Shown: positions 12,511 to 25,662, counted from the first letter of the stretch. The stretch: DNA of 64,000 bases from Mobula birostris (GCF_030028105.1 NC_092372.1:127705492-127769491); one strand, 5' to 3'. Notes: generated by a model not told the origin, from the letters alone. A program made the numbers and translations.

Positions 12511-13578
12511 ATTTATTGTATTTACCTTATGAGTTTTTAAAATTTATGAAAGAGAAAGAAAGAGTAATTTCAAGTAAGGTAAGCTAAACTTAAATATGTT
12601 TTTTTTTCAAGGAAGGTTGGCTAAAAATTCATTCTCTACTTAAAAGAGAATTGACAATTAATTTTGGATTATTATATTCTACAACTTTCTGATCACGCTG
12701 ATGTACTGTGAGCTCTAGATATAATGATTTTTATACAGGGGTTCCCTGAGACCTGAAAATTATTTCAAGGGTTCCTGCATGGCAAAAAGGTTGAGAAAGC
12801 TGATCCAGTATATGCTCCTAATTTTCTATCAGGGATTGCTCGGGGGAAACAGTGGTGTGGTGATGATGAGAAGATGTCTGTTGGGGGAATTCATAATTCC
12901 ACTCCCAATCATACAAAACCCTTTATTTTTCCTTATAAAAGGTTATAGATTATTGACAAGAAATTACCATGATTGGACAAATGCATTTTAATAATTTAAA
13001 ATTAAACATAGATGTTCAGTGTTCCAGCAAACTTAGGAACTGTTAGTTGTATATATCTATCAATACCTCCAGTTGAACTCTGTCTTTTTGCATGTTTCAT
13101 TCTGCGGTTTTGTATTGCCATGTGCTCTTGTTTGTTTTCGTGCTCATGCTCCTGTCCCCACCCCTGCTCTACTCCAGCCCCTATATCACTGAGTACCCTG
13201 CCTCTCACCTGTTTCTCATTATTACCTGTATTGCTGCCACCTGTGTCTCATTGTGCTCCTCCTATCATCTGCCTCTCTGTTTATTGCTCAGTGTATTTCA
13301 GGCCTGTGTTTTCACCTGTTTGTTGCTAGATTGTGCTATGAGTTTTCCTGAGCCTTTTCAGCATTTGTATCTGAACTCTGTCTGCCTGAATATTGACTCT
13401 GCCTGTTTCCTGATTCTGGTTTTTGGATTTCTCTGGGTTTTTTGATCTCTGTCTGAACTTTGATGCCAACTTTCTTTGCACCTTGGGATTTGTTACACAA
13501 TTAATGTCACGGTATGCCCAGTACTGGGTCTGTGATTGGATCCCTGCTTCAGGGTCCTGACAGTACAATCTGGCCAGG

Positions 13579-14570
13579 ATGGATCCAGCAGACCCTGGTT
13601 GTCTGAGAGCTGTCCTGGAACAACAGGGAGTGATGCTGGGGAGATACCAGAACCAGCTGGACTCTGTGGTCAGGGCAGTGGAGTTGATTTCTGCCAATGT
13701 AGCTGATCCTGTGGCCCAGACTCAGTCACTCCAGCTGTCCCAGAGCACCCATCAGCATTCTGCAACTGCATCTTCTGCCTTACCCTCTGTGTCCTCGCTT
13801 ACTCCTCACATCCAACAGCCCCGTCTGCCTCCTCCAGAAAAGTACTCAGGTGAGCCCGGTACCTGCTGCTCTTTTCTTTCCCAGTGCACCCTCATTTTTG
13901 AATTACAACCAACAACCTTTCTGACAGATTGAGCCAAGGTGGCCTATGTCATCACCCAACTATTCAGTCAGGCGAGAGAATGGGGAACAGCTGTCTGGCA
14001 GGCAGGCTCCCTTTTCTGCAGTAGTTTTCAGTTATTTTCTGAGGAGATGAGAGAAGTATTTGATTGCTCCAAACATGGGAGAGAGGCTGCCTGTGAAATG
14101 CTACACATGCACCAGGGGTGCAGATCTGTGTCAGATTACGCCACAGAGTTCCAGACGCCAGCCGCCTCCAGCGGCTGGAACTCGGAGGCACAGTATGACA
14201 CCTTCCTGAGTGGCCTCTCAAAGACATCAAAGATGAGCTGGTCACCCAGGACCTTCCTGCCAGCTTTGAAGCCCTGGCGGATTTGGCCATCCGTATTGAT
14301 GTTCACCTTCAGCAGTGCCACAGAGGGAGGGGTTCCAGAGGGTCCCTGGGGGTACTGGTTGAGTTCCTAGCTCCTCGTCAGTCTACCTTGCCCTGCCGCT
14401 TGCCTCCATCTACAATTCCCACTCCAGAGCCTGAGGCTATACATGTTGACCGTACCTGCCTGACGCTGACTGAAAGACAAAGGAGAATCAGCTCCCGCTC
14501 CTGTCTGTACTGTGGCCAACCAGGCCACTATATCTCCACCTGTCCAGTAAAAGCCAGCGCTCACCAGTAG
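13579..14570 (+). pseudogene. gag: Sushi-like Gag with CCHC zinc knuckle (stop and frameshift)
   Basis: MDPADP...PRLPPPEKYSGEPGTCCSFLSQCTLIF; VAYVITQL..AREWGTAVW; CLYCGQPGHYISTC. Confidence 0.93.
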
Positions 14571-17500
14571 GACGAGGAGTACTGGTGAGGTGAGCGTGAC
14601 CCCTGTCCTGCCCTTCTCGACACCACTCACTCTCATACCCGCTTCTCTGGAGTGGGGTGTCCAACGGTGAGCAGTCTCCGTCTTGGTCAATTCCGGTGCG
14701 GAGGGGTGTTTTATCAATTCCGGCTTGGCTGTCCAGTGGGGATTACCCACGTCTGCTCTCCAGTCACCATTGATGGCCAGCGCCTTGAACAGTCAGAGAC
14801 TGGCTAACATCACCCATGTCACGGCCCCAGTGAGTCTGCCTATCCCGCAACCATCATGAACAGTTAATCCTTTATGTTATTGACTCTCCTCAAATTCCAA
14901 TTGTCCTGAGCCATCCCTGGTTAGTTAAGCACAAGCCCCATATTGACTGGCTCAGTTGCAAGATTATAGGCTGGAGCCCATTCTGTCACTCCCACTGCCT
15001 CCACCATGCTCAGATCCCCTTGTCCCCAAGCCCAGATTCCCTCTGAGAAATTTCCAGACCTTAGTGCCCTCCCTCCTGAATACATGGACCTCGAGGCTGT
15101 GTTCAGCAAGTCCTGGGCCTCTTCCCTGCCACCTCATCGTCCATATGATTGTGCCATTGACCTCTTGCTGGGCACATCTCCCCCAGGGGGCCACCTGTAT
15201 TCCCTGTACTCCCTGTCCGTACCTGAAACAGAAACCACGTGTAAGTACATTCAAGAGTCTCTGGCTGTAGACATCATCCAGCCGTCTTCATCCCCTGCTG
15301 ATGTCGGTTTTTTTTCTTTTTGGAAAGAAAGATGACTCCTTACATCCATGCTTTGATTACTGGGGACTGAATGAAGTCACTGTTAAGAACCGTTACCCTC
15401 TTCCGCTCATGACCTCAGCATTTGAACTACTACAAGGAGCCTCAGTTTTCACCAGGCTTGATCTCTGTAACACCTACCATCTCATCCGCATCCGCAAAGG
15501 GGATGAGTGGAAGACGGCCTTCAACACCACCTCAGGCCATTACGCGTATCCAGTCATGCCATTCAGTCTCACCAATGCCTCCACTGTCTTCCAAGCCCTG
15601 GTAAATGACGTTCTCAGGAACATACTGAAACAATTTGTTTTTGTGTATCCCGATGACATTTTGAATTTGTTTTAAGTCCCTTGCTGAACACACAGGTCAC
15701 GTCCGTGGAGATCTCCAGCACCTTTTTGTAGAACCACCTCTTTGTGAAGGCTGAGAAATGTGAGATTCATCACAATAGTCTCCTTCCTGAAGTATGTAAT
15801 TTCAGGCGGTTCCATTCAGATGGACCAACAGAAGGTCAAGGTGGTGGTTAAATGGCCCCAACCCTCGACTCAGGAGTTGCTACACTTCTTGGGCTTCGCT
15901 AACTTCTAATGCCACTTCATCAGAAATTACACTACACTGGCTGCACCACTCACGGCTCTTACCTCATCTGCTGTCAGATTCTCCTGGTCCCCTGCTGCTG
16001 AAAAAGCATTCTCTGACCTGAAGGAACGTTTCACCTCTGCCCCCATCCTGATTCAGCCCAACACCAACCAGCAGTTTATTGTGGAGTTGGATGTGTCTGA
16101 CATTGGTGTAGGAGCTGTTCTCTCTCAGCGCTCGGCCAAAGATGAGAACGTATACTCTTGCGCCGCCTTCTCTCACCACCTCATTCCGATGGAGCAGAAT
16201 TACGATGTCGGAAACCGGGAGCTGCTGGCTGTGAAGCTAGCTCTGGAGAAGTGGAGGCATTGGCTGGAGGGAGCCAAGGTACCAAGCGTCTCAACTCCCA
16301 TCAAGCTTATTGGTCCCTGTTGTTTTTGTCAAGATTCAATTTTACTCTGTCCTTCCACTCCGGCTCTAAGAATGGAAAACCTGATGCCTTCCCCTGAGGA
16401 TTTCTTTCCTCTGAGACCCCTGAGGTACCCGATGTCATCCTCCCTGCTCACTGTCTCATGGGTGCAGTGCAATAGGACATTGAAGCCATGGTGCAAACCG
16501 CTCAACAGAGCGAGGCAACCCCTAGTCAATGCTCCGCTAACCGTGTTTATGTTCCCAGCTCTGTCCGCTCACAGATATTGCAGTGGGGTCATTCTTCCCG
16601 GTTATCCTGTCACCCTGAAACCAAACGTACTCAGGCCTTCATCAGTCAGTGGTTCTGGTGGCCCTCCATTGGAGATGACATCCGCAAATTTGTCTCAGTC
16701 TGTGCTCAAGGCAAGAACTCTAACTGGTCACCCGCTGGTCTGTTACAAACCCTGTCTATCCCCAAGAGACCTGGTCCCACGTTGCCCTGGATTTTGTCAC
16801 TGGTCATCCCCCATCAGATGGTAACACCACCATTCTCACAGTAGTTGATCACTTCTCCAAGTCTACACTTCATTCCTTTACCTAAACTCCCCTCTGCCAA
16901 AGAAACGGCAAATTACTAATACTGCATGTTTTCAAATTACATGGTTTACCTGTAGATGTCGTGTCAGATAGGGGCTTTCAATTCACATCCAACTTCTGGA
17001 GGGCATTCTGTAATTTTCTAAGTGTCTTTGTGAGTCTGTCTTCAGGATTCCGCCCACAGACCAATGGCCAGACCGAGCGGGCCAGCCAACAGCTAGAGAC
17101 TGTATTGCGGTGTCTGGTCTCCCAGAACCCCTCCGCGTGGAGTCAGCAGCTACCCTGGACCATAAACTCTCATCTGTTCTCATCCACTGGTCTGTCCCCC
17201 TTGGCTATCCTTGAAGTGCTGCCTTGGCTATCAACCTCCACTGTTTCCTACCCAAGAGAAGGAGGTTGGTGTTCCATCTGCCGAGGCATTCATCCGCCAT
17301 TGTCAACAGACGTGGAGGTGCACTCGCTCTGCCCTTCTCCGTGCCTCAGCTAGGATCGAGTGTCAAGCTGACCGTCATTGCTCCAAGGCCCCATGTTACC
17401 GCCAGGGACAGCGTGTGCGGCTTTCAACCCGAGAGCTGCCGCTCAAGGTGGATTCCCGCAAGCTTCACCTCGCTTCATCAGCCCCTTTCCCATTGCTAAA

Positions 17501-17807
17501 GTCATCAGCCCTGCTGCCGTCCGTCTCAAGCTCCCCTCCACTCTCCGCTGCATTCATCCCACATTCCATGTGTCCTGCGTCAAGCCTTTCATGACCCACC
17601 CCTGTGTCCTGTCCCCAACCCCCTCTTCCCCCACGGCTTATCAATTGTTCAGAAGCCTTCACGGTGCATCAACTGCTGGACGTTCATCGTTGGGGCCATG
17701 GCCTCTTGTACCTTGTGGACTGGGAGGGCTACGGTCCTGAGGAGAGGTGCTGGGTCCCCGCCAGTAACCTCCTGGTCCCCTCTCTCATCAGGGACTTTCA
17801 TCGCTAG
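14571..17807 (+). pseudogene. pol: Sushi-like Pol: protease, RT, RNase H, integrase, chromodomain (disrupted)
   Basis: VNSGAEGCFI; KNRYPLP...DEWKTAFNT...VYPDDIL; [14 protein letters not shown]...[13 protein letters not shown]; SDRGFQFTSNFW...PQTNGQTER; [17 protein letters not shown]. Confidence 0.95.
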
Positions 17808-19146
17808 TATCCAACTCCACCCGCTGTGACACCAAGAGGCATCCGTAGAGATGGGGAAGGGTTACTGTCAGTACCTCCGGTTGAACTCTATCTTTTTGTG
17901 TGTTTTCCTTCTAGCTGTCATTCTGTGGTTTTGTATTGCCATGTGGTCCTGTTTGTTTTCATGCCCCATGTGCTCTTGACCCCACTCCTGCTCTACTCCG
18001 GCCCCTGTATTACTGAGTACTCTGTCTCTCACCTGTTTCTCATTATTACCTGTATTGCTGCCACCTGTGTCTCATTGTGCTCCACCTATCATCTGCCTCT
18101 CTGTTTACTGCTCAGTGTATTTCAGTCCTGTGTTTTCAACTGTGCTTTGCCAGTTTGTGCCAATGAATTTTTCTGATCCTTTCCAGCATTTGTAGTTGTA
18201 CTTTGTGTATCCAAATATTGATTCTGCCTGTTTCCCAATTCTGGTTTTTTGGATTTCTCTGGATGTTTTGATCTCTGCCTGAACTTTGACACTGACTTTG
18301 TTTGCACCTCGGGATTTGTTACTCAATTAATATCACTATGTGCACAGTACTGGGTCTGTGATTGGATCCCTGCTCCAGTGTCCTGACAATATCAGGCTTT
18401 ACCTTGTTCAAGAACTGTTAGTCGTATATAATCCGGCTTTACTTTGTTGACTCTTCATCACAGTGCAATAGGATTACTGCCTTCATGAGAATAATTCCTT
18501 TCCAGTTAGTCTATATAGAGACACAGCCATGAGATGCAGAAACTACCAGAGGCGTGGAGAACTCTGTGATCTAGATGTAAGGTCAACCAGTCCTTCTAAA
18601 TTTGCCACAAGGCCACCTAGACATCTACCTCCATAAAGATGCTGTTACTTTCAGTGAAAATGAACATTGGTTTTATTTTAGAGTGAAAGGCAATAGTGAT
18701 AATTTCCAAATTGTTTGGAATCACTTGAAAAAATTAGCCTCACAGTTCCTGTTGTCTGTCACCTTTGTGACCCCGACATGCTTTTTGTTTTGCAGAAGGG
18801 ATATGTGTGATGACAGGACTCAGAGTGTGTCTGATATCTTCAAACCACTGTGGGAGGCTTGCAGGGTAATGTTGAGTTTACGTTCGTCCTTGGACCCTTC
18901 CCTGTACCCGTCTCCAGAGACCTAAAATGATTCTACCAGCACCCTTTCACTTCCAGGCCAGCTCCCAATCTATGATCCCATCCTTCCTAAGAATCGCAAC
19001 CATGACTGCAGTCCTGGCTGGGCATGTAGCTAGCTGGTGACCTTCTAAGTTTAGTGATGGGAAAGGAGAACCGAAAAGCCTAGGACCATCTCGAACACAT
19101 TCCCATTGTTTGAAGAGGTGAACCAACAATCAAAATTGGTCATCTT

Positions 19147-19580
19147 AGGCCTGGACTTTTTTTTACAGTACTGTAATAATTTTATGTTTTGCACTGTACT
19201 GCTGCAAGAAAAAACCCACACTTCATGACATGTATTTCACTGTACTGCTGCTGCAATAAAAAAAAACAAATTTCATGACATATGTGAGTGATGATAAACC
19301 TGATTCTGATATGGGTCTCCATTGTGGATGAGAATGGGAAGCTGGACAGGGAAAGGGAGCTATGTTTGGGAGAAGGGGAAGGGAGAGAGGAGAGAGTGGA
19401 TTACATCAAAGAGACATCTGTAATGACCAATAAACCAATTATTGAGAATCAAATTACCTTGCCTGGTGTCTCAGGGCTGGATGTGTCTGCACTCGCACCA
19501 CCCCTGCCCCTGGTACTGATTCTCTGCCACCTGTCCCATACACTCTCCATTCCTAACTTCCTTTGTTTTGGTCCGAAAAC
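19147..19580 (-). mobile_element. Mini-MITE composite element (copy 3, inverted)
   Basis: Reverse complement of the shared core (accaataaaccaatt...ccttgcctggtgtctcagggctggatgtgtctgcac). Confidence 0.75.
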
Positions 19581-20442
19581 CCTTTTTAAGCGTAACCTCA
19601 TTTAATCTTTGATACTGTGTTTGACAACCTTGAACTTAACTCAAAAGTATGACTTTGTAACATATTAAAATTATATCTAATAGCTGACACAGATACCAAG
19701 CATAGGGTGGGCTATGAGCTGAAGATCCTGATTAGATCATGAGGAAAGGAAGTACAAAACTCACTGTAAGATAAATGGTGAAATGTAATTTGACTTTTAA
19801 GTGGCTGGTGAGAATTTGCATTATAAGGTCTCACAGGCGTGAGGTCAGGCTGACTTGATCAGGCAATAGAAATCTTACTTCATTGAAACAACGGTGAATT
19901 GCCTGTTAAAAGTGACTTGGCTATTCTGCTGCAAGTATATCTCATTGAATCAATAATGAATAGAATCCTAGAATTGCCTGAGTACATGTGGGGGGGGGGG
20001 GAAGCATAGAGGGAAAGAAAAAGATATTAAGATGTTAGTTTTCATATTAAATGCACTGTAATCTTTTGACCTCAATAAAACCATAAGATATAGGAGCAGA
20101 ATTAGGTCATTTGGCCCATCGAGTCTGCTTCGCCGTTTCATCATGACAGTATATTTCCAAATAATAAGGAATTCATCATTCCTTATTCCCTGGTCAGGAC
20201 TTTTGCACAGGCTGCTCTAATTCAATTACTTTCCCATTGCAATGTAAGTGTGCAGGGAAAGATACAAGCTTTACACTGCCTTTCTCTATTTCCTTTTAAT
20301 CCTCTCTGTCTTGTATTACCACAATTACAGTACATATTGCTTTCCAAATGTGGTTGCTGTGGTATTTTGTAGAGTCACACTGACCTTGTTTGCTAGCAAT
20401 GCCCATATCACAAAGATGAATACAAAAATATTGATAGCCATG

Positions 20443-22136
20443 ACGCTTCACTATCAAGACGAGCTCAACACCTTTTATGCACACTTTGAAAGGAAGAATA
20501 AAAGTACAGTTATGAGGATCCCTGCAGCACCTGGTGACCCTGTGATCTCTGTCTGTGAGGTCGACTTCAGGCTGTCTTTCAAGAGGGTGAACCCTCGTAA
20601 GGTGACAGGCCTTGATGGAGTACCTGGTAAGGCTCTGAAAACCTGTGCCAACCAACTGGCAGGGCTGTTCAAAGGCATTTTTTAATCTCTCATTGTTACA
20701 GTCAGAAGTTCCCACGTGCTTCTAAAGTGCAACAATTATATCAGTACCCAAGAAGTGTAGGGTGAGCTGCCTTAACAACTATTGTCCAGTAGCACTCACA
20801 TCTACAGTGATGAAGTACTTTGAGAGGTTGGTTATTGCTAGAATCAACTCCTGCCTCAGCATGGACCTGGACCCATTGCAATTTGCCTATCACCACAAAA
20901 GGTTAACGGCAGATGCCATTGGCTCTTCACACTGCCTTAGACCACCTATACAAACACTTACATCAGGGTGCTGTTCATCGACTATAGCTCAGTATTTAAC
21001 ACCATCATTCCCACAATCCTGATTGAGAAATTACAGAACCTGGGCCTCTGTACCTCCGTCTGCAATTGGATCCTCAAATTCCTAACCGGAAAACCATAAT
21101 CTGTGTGGATTGGTGATAATATTTCCTCCTCGCTGACGGTCAATACTGGTGCACCTCAGAGGTGTATGTTTAGCCCACTGCCCTACTCTCTCTAAACCGA
21201 TGACTAGATGGCTAGGTATAGCTCAAATATCATCTATAAATTTGCTGATGACATAACCATTGTTGTTAGAATCTCAGATGGAGCTGAGAGAGTGTAAGGG
21301 AGCAAGATATGCCAACTAGTGGAATGGTGTCACAGCAATATCCTTACACTCAATGTCATTAAGATGAAAGAGCTGATTGTGGACTTCAGGAAGGGAAATA
21401 CGAAGGGACACATACCAATCCTCATAGAGGGATCAGAAGTGGAGACAGTGAGCAGTTTCAAATTCCTGCATGTCAAGATTTCTGAGAACCTAACCTGGTC
21501 TCAACATATTGATACAGCTATAAAGAAGGTAAGACAGCGACTATACTTCATTAGGAGTTTGAAAATATTTGGTATGTCAATAAGAATACTCAAAAACTTC
21601 TATAGATGTACTCTGGAGAGCATTCTGATAGGTTGCATCACTGTCTGCTATGGGGGGACGGGGATGGGGGTACTACTACACAGGACCGAAAGAAGCTGCA
21701 GATGGTTGTAAATTTAATCGGCTCCACCTTGGGTACTAGCCTACAAAGTACCCAGGATATCTTCAAGGAGCAGTGGCTCAGAAAGGCAGCATCTATTATT
21801 AAGAACCTCCAGCACCCAGGGCATGCCCTTTTCTCCCTATTACCATCAGGTAGGAGGTACAGAAGCCTGAAGGCACACACTCAGTGATTCAGGAACAGCT
21901 TCTTCCACTCTGCCATCTGATTGTTAAATGGACATTGAACCTGTGAACACTACTTCACCTTTTCAATATATATTATTTCTGTTTTTGCATGATTTTTGAT
22001 CTATTCAATATACGTATACTATAATTTATTTATTTATTTGTTTACTTTCTTCTTCTATGTTATGTATTGCATTGAACTGCTGCTGCTAAGTTAACAAATT
22101 TCAAGACACATGCCGGTGATAATAAACCTGATTCTG
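20443..22136 (+). mobile_element. Rex1/Babar-clade LINE, 5'-truncated, degenerate RT
   Basis: DELNTFYAHFE, NPRKVTGLDGVPGKALKTCANQL, NYCPVALTSTVMKYFERLV, LDPLQFAY, KFADD, LFSLLPSGRRYRSLK; aataaacctgattctg tail. Confidence 0.92.
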
Positions 22137-22393
22137 CTTCTTCTGATGTCACACCATTTCCGTTATCTTTGAAAAGCCACACTGCTTTGTTCATCGTAAA
22201 TTCTTCCCACTCTGCAGTAATGTGTTCACGGGGTGGAGCACATGCTTGTCAGGAACTTGTTATAGTAATTGACAAATCCTAAAAATGACCTCAACTGTGA
22301 CGTGTTCTTTAGCCTTGGTGTGTCCATCACTGCTTTAATTTTCTCAACACACTTGTGTAATGCTTGTGTGACAATGGTATGACCACAGTAAGT

Positions 22394-23073
22394 CTTAAAG
22401 GTTTCAGAGGTACATTTAATGTCAGAGAAACGTATACAATATGCATCCTGAAATTCTTTTTCTTTGTAAACATCCACGAAAACAGAGGAGTGCCCCAAAG
22501 AATGAATGACAGTTAAATGTTAGAACCCAAAAGTTCCCCCAGCTCCCCTCTCTCACGTATAGACAGCAGCAAAGCAACAATCCCCTCTCGCCCACCAGCG
22601 AGAGGAGAGACACAAATAACATAACAAACAACTCACTGATTAGGGTGTTAAAAGTCCATTGCGTTGCTTTATCTGAGCTCTGTGCCCAAAGAACTCAGGT
22701 CTCTGGGCACACAGCCAGCAGCCCGCTTGCTGCTTTCGACCTTCCGTCTCCCATGACACACCAGATTCCTGCAGAGGCACTGACCTTCGGTCCGCCCGTC
22801 TCCAGAGCCACGAAATCCCGGAACTCTGAAGGTGAACTAATCTCCTAGGCTGCATCCTTGGCATATCGAATAATGGCCAGTCATGAAACCCTGAGAGCAG
22901 GTCCCATTCCTGCAAAGAACCGAAATCAGCGTGTAACTCCAGGTCAGGGTCTTCAAAAGAACCCTGAAAGGGAAAAATAGAGATATTAAAGATAGAAATA
23001 GAGCTTTTACCAAAGATGCAAGCAAATGGGTCATCGATAAGTGCTATTGCTTCTCCTAAGCTCCTCCTCCTCC
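22394..23073 (-). mobile_element. ~680-bp non-coding element (copy A)
   Basis: Inverted homologue of 23121-24484; interrupts the Gypsy RT between KPSI and TYCGH. Confidence 0.8.
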
Positions 23074-23120
23074 TGATATAATGCTTGGTTTAAATAATTC
23101 ACACTTGTTTTGTCATGCTT

Positions 23121-24484
23121 CCACTCTTAGTGATGATGGTGCTTGCCTCTTCGGAAACAACTTTATTTCTATCTTTAATGTCTCTTTTTTCCATTTCAAG
23201 GTTCTTTTGAAGATCCTAACTTGTGTAACACGCTGTAAGGTCTCACTGCTAATGTAATGGCTTCTCTGTAATGTTCCACTGCTAAGGTAATAGTTTCTCT
23301 GTAGCAGCAATGTTTGGGTTATGACTAGAGATAACGGGACATGCTAACCAATGAGCTGGATGTTGTTCTTTCTTGTGTGTCTGGGAGCCGGGAATTTGTG
23401 AGTCTTTTGCTAGGGAGAGATGAGGAGAGAAGACGCGAATGGAGAGAGTTGGTAGACCTCGGACGGAGTGGACTTGGGAGCGAGGGTCCAAAGGTCAGCC
23501 ACGATCGGAGGAGGTCGATGGTGGATGAACAGCCTTATCAGTGAGCTCCAACCTTGAGCAATAGACTGTTTCATGAGAATGGGCCCTTTTTCTTTTTTGT
23601 TTCTTTACTAACCATGTAGTCAAATGAAGAATTATAAAGCTCAATCGTTTAATCACATGTTGTGTACTGTTGGTTATTTCGTGGTACTGATTTGTAACAG
23701 GGGACACATTGCACAGCATCCACCCAAACGAGATTTCTTAAGTTTGGCTGGGCCGGGGGCTATCATCCCCTATATTAAGCGCCTAACTGGACCAGGAGTT
23801 ACACCTGGAGTTACACTCTGAATTCAGTTCTTTGTGGGAATAGGACCCACTCTCAGGATCTCATGACCGGACACTTTTCGATATCTGAAGGAAGTGGCCT
23901 GGAAGACTAGTATGCCTTCAGGGTGTCCGATTTTTGTGGCTCTGGAGGTGGGCTGATTCAAGTTTGGTGCCGCTGATTAACGTGTCTCGGGAGAACAAGG
24001 AAGATCAGAAGCAGTGGGCTTGTTGCTGGCTGTGTGCCCGGAGGTACAGAGCTCAGAAAAAGTGACACAACAGACTTTTAACACCATAAATCAGCAAGTT
24101 GTTTTGTTATGTCTCCCCTCTCGCTGTGAATTGGGATCACTTCTTCCTTTATTAGGGAGAAAGAGCCTGTGGTATGTCGAATACTGGGAGAATGAGTAGT
24201 CTTTGGAGTACTGCAAGTCTGTGGCTTTATTGATGCTTTGCTGCACGGTTGAGTGCTTGGTGGGGGACGTTGAAGATTTTTGCTGGTGGGGGAGGGTGGC
24301 CATTGCCTTGCTGCTGCTTGTGCATGAGTAAGGGGAGCTGAGGGGGGGCTATGAGGTTCTAAAGTTTAACTGTCATTCATTCTTTGGGGAACTCCTCTGT
24401 TTTCGTGGATGTTTGCAAAGAAAAAGAATTTCAGGATGTATATTGTATACATTTTTCTGACATTAAATGTACCTATTGAACCTA
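23121..24484 (+). mobile_element. Same non-coding element (copy B), interrupted by a solo LTR
   Basis: gaagatcctaac|LTR|ctggagttacac matches the uninterrupted gaagaccctgacctggagttacac of copy A. Confidence 0.8.
23224..23803 (+). mobile_element. Solo LTR (580 bp)
   Basis: tgtaac...gttaca inverted termini; 4-bp TSD cttg/cctg. Confidence 0.85.
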
Positions 24485-24806
24485 TCTTTTTAACAGTATC
24501 TTGAGATTTTGCAGCTGTTACCTGTCATCATACCCAGTAATAATTATAAGACCATAGACCATAAGACATAGGAGCAGAATTAGGCCATTTGGTTCATCGA
24601 GTCTGCTCTGCCATTCAATCATGATTGATTCTTTTTTCCCTTCATCAGCCCCGCTCCCTAGCCTTCTCCCCGTAACCCTTGATGTCATGTCCAATCAAGA
24701 ACCTACCAATCTCTGCCCTAAATACACCCAACGACCTGGCCTCCACAGCTGCATGTGGCAACAAATTCCACAAATTCACCACCCTCTGGCTAAAGAAATT
24801 TCTTTG

Positions 24807-25100
24807 TGTTACGTACCCCGTAACTGGGTTGCCAAACCAGCAGAAATGGAACACTCGTTGGAGTCTGGATTACTAGGAACTAATAAAGTTTTATTAAAGA
24901 ACTAAGTAATACAGTACTCTAATCGTAAGGATATAAATGTGACAGGTTAGCAATGATAATACACACACATACACAGAACTAGAGTAATAGGAATCAACCA
25001 AGCTCTGTCACAGTCTAGGGGTAAAATGATCAGTCTTAAGTGATGCAGAATTCAGTTCAGTTTAGTGCAGTTTACAGTAATCGCTGTTGTGGTACCATTG

Positions 25101-25132
<32 letters not shown>

Positions 25133-25662
25133 TGCAATTTGGATCAGACAGACCTTTGATGTCTTCGCAGTTGGTTTCGGGCCGACCCTTTTATGTCTTC
25201 TATCCCACTGTGGTTACCGACTGTGACCCCACCATTCCAGATACAATCGTTCTTCCGCGGGGAACCCGGCACCCAGGCAAGGGTGGACACACACCCCAGG
25301 TTCCCACCAATCGTACCTTTGCACCCTGTGAGCCTCTGGTCGGTTCCCGCAAACCGGACCTCCAAACTCCCACCGCTTGTGGGGGCACATTGCTCTTTCC
25401 AGGGTCTCGTTGTCTCATGCTGTCGTGGTGTGTCCTGTGCCTTAGCGAACCTGTTCTTTTTTATCCCCCTGCTGGGTTATCACCTGTCCATCAAACTGCA
25501 AACAGTTCAGGTCCAAAGTAACTGGTCTGTCAATATTCTGAATTGTGTTTCTTTTCTGTTAATCCCTCTTTTCTCTCTGATTATCAGTTTGAGTGTTTCT
25601 TCATTGTCTTTCTTATCTCTCTCATTAGCATCAATTGTCCGATAGCTTTGTTCGGCGTCACA
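24807..25662 (-). mobile_element. Solo LTR (856 bp), same family as 10478-11311
   Basis: tgttacgtacccc...cgtcaca; 4-bp TSD TTTG. Confidence 0.92.

Larger units (their letters stand above)
8538..12802 (+). mobile_element. hAT (Charlie/Buster-type) DNA transposon, internally deleted, with nested insertions
   Basis: TIRs cagggtttctcaacc / ggttgagaaagctg; 8-bp TSD atctagta (8530-8537) / atccagta (12803-12810); transposase remnants at 11450-12510. Confidence 0.9.
13058..18388 (+). mobile_element. Full-length but inactivated Ty3/Gypsy chromovirus (Tf1/sushi group)
   Basis: LTRs 13058-13562 and 17866-18388; 5-bp TSD ATATC (13053-13057 / 18389-18393); PPT agagatggggaaggg at 17847-17861; gag-PR-RT-RH-IN-chromodomain order. 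Confidence 0.97.

Noticed and set aside
13579-17807. Domesticated PEG10/RTL1-like gene
   Set aside because: It retains LTRs and a TSD and has many stops and frameshifts, so it is a dead retrotransposon.
10478-25662. One large LTR element bounded by the two similar LTRs
   Set aside because: The LTRs are in opposite orientation and each has its own TSD.
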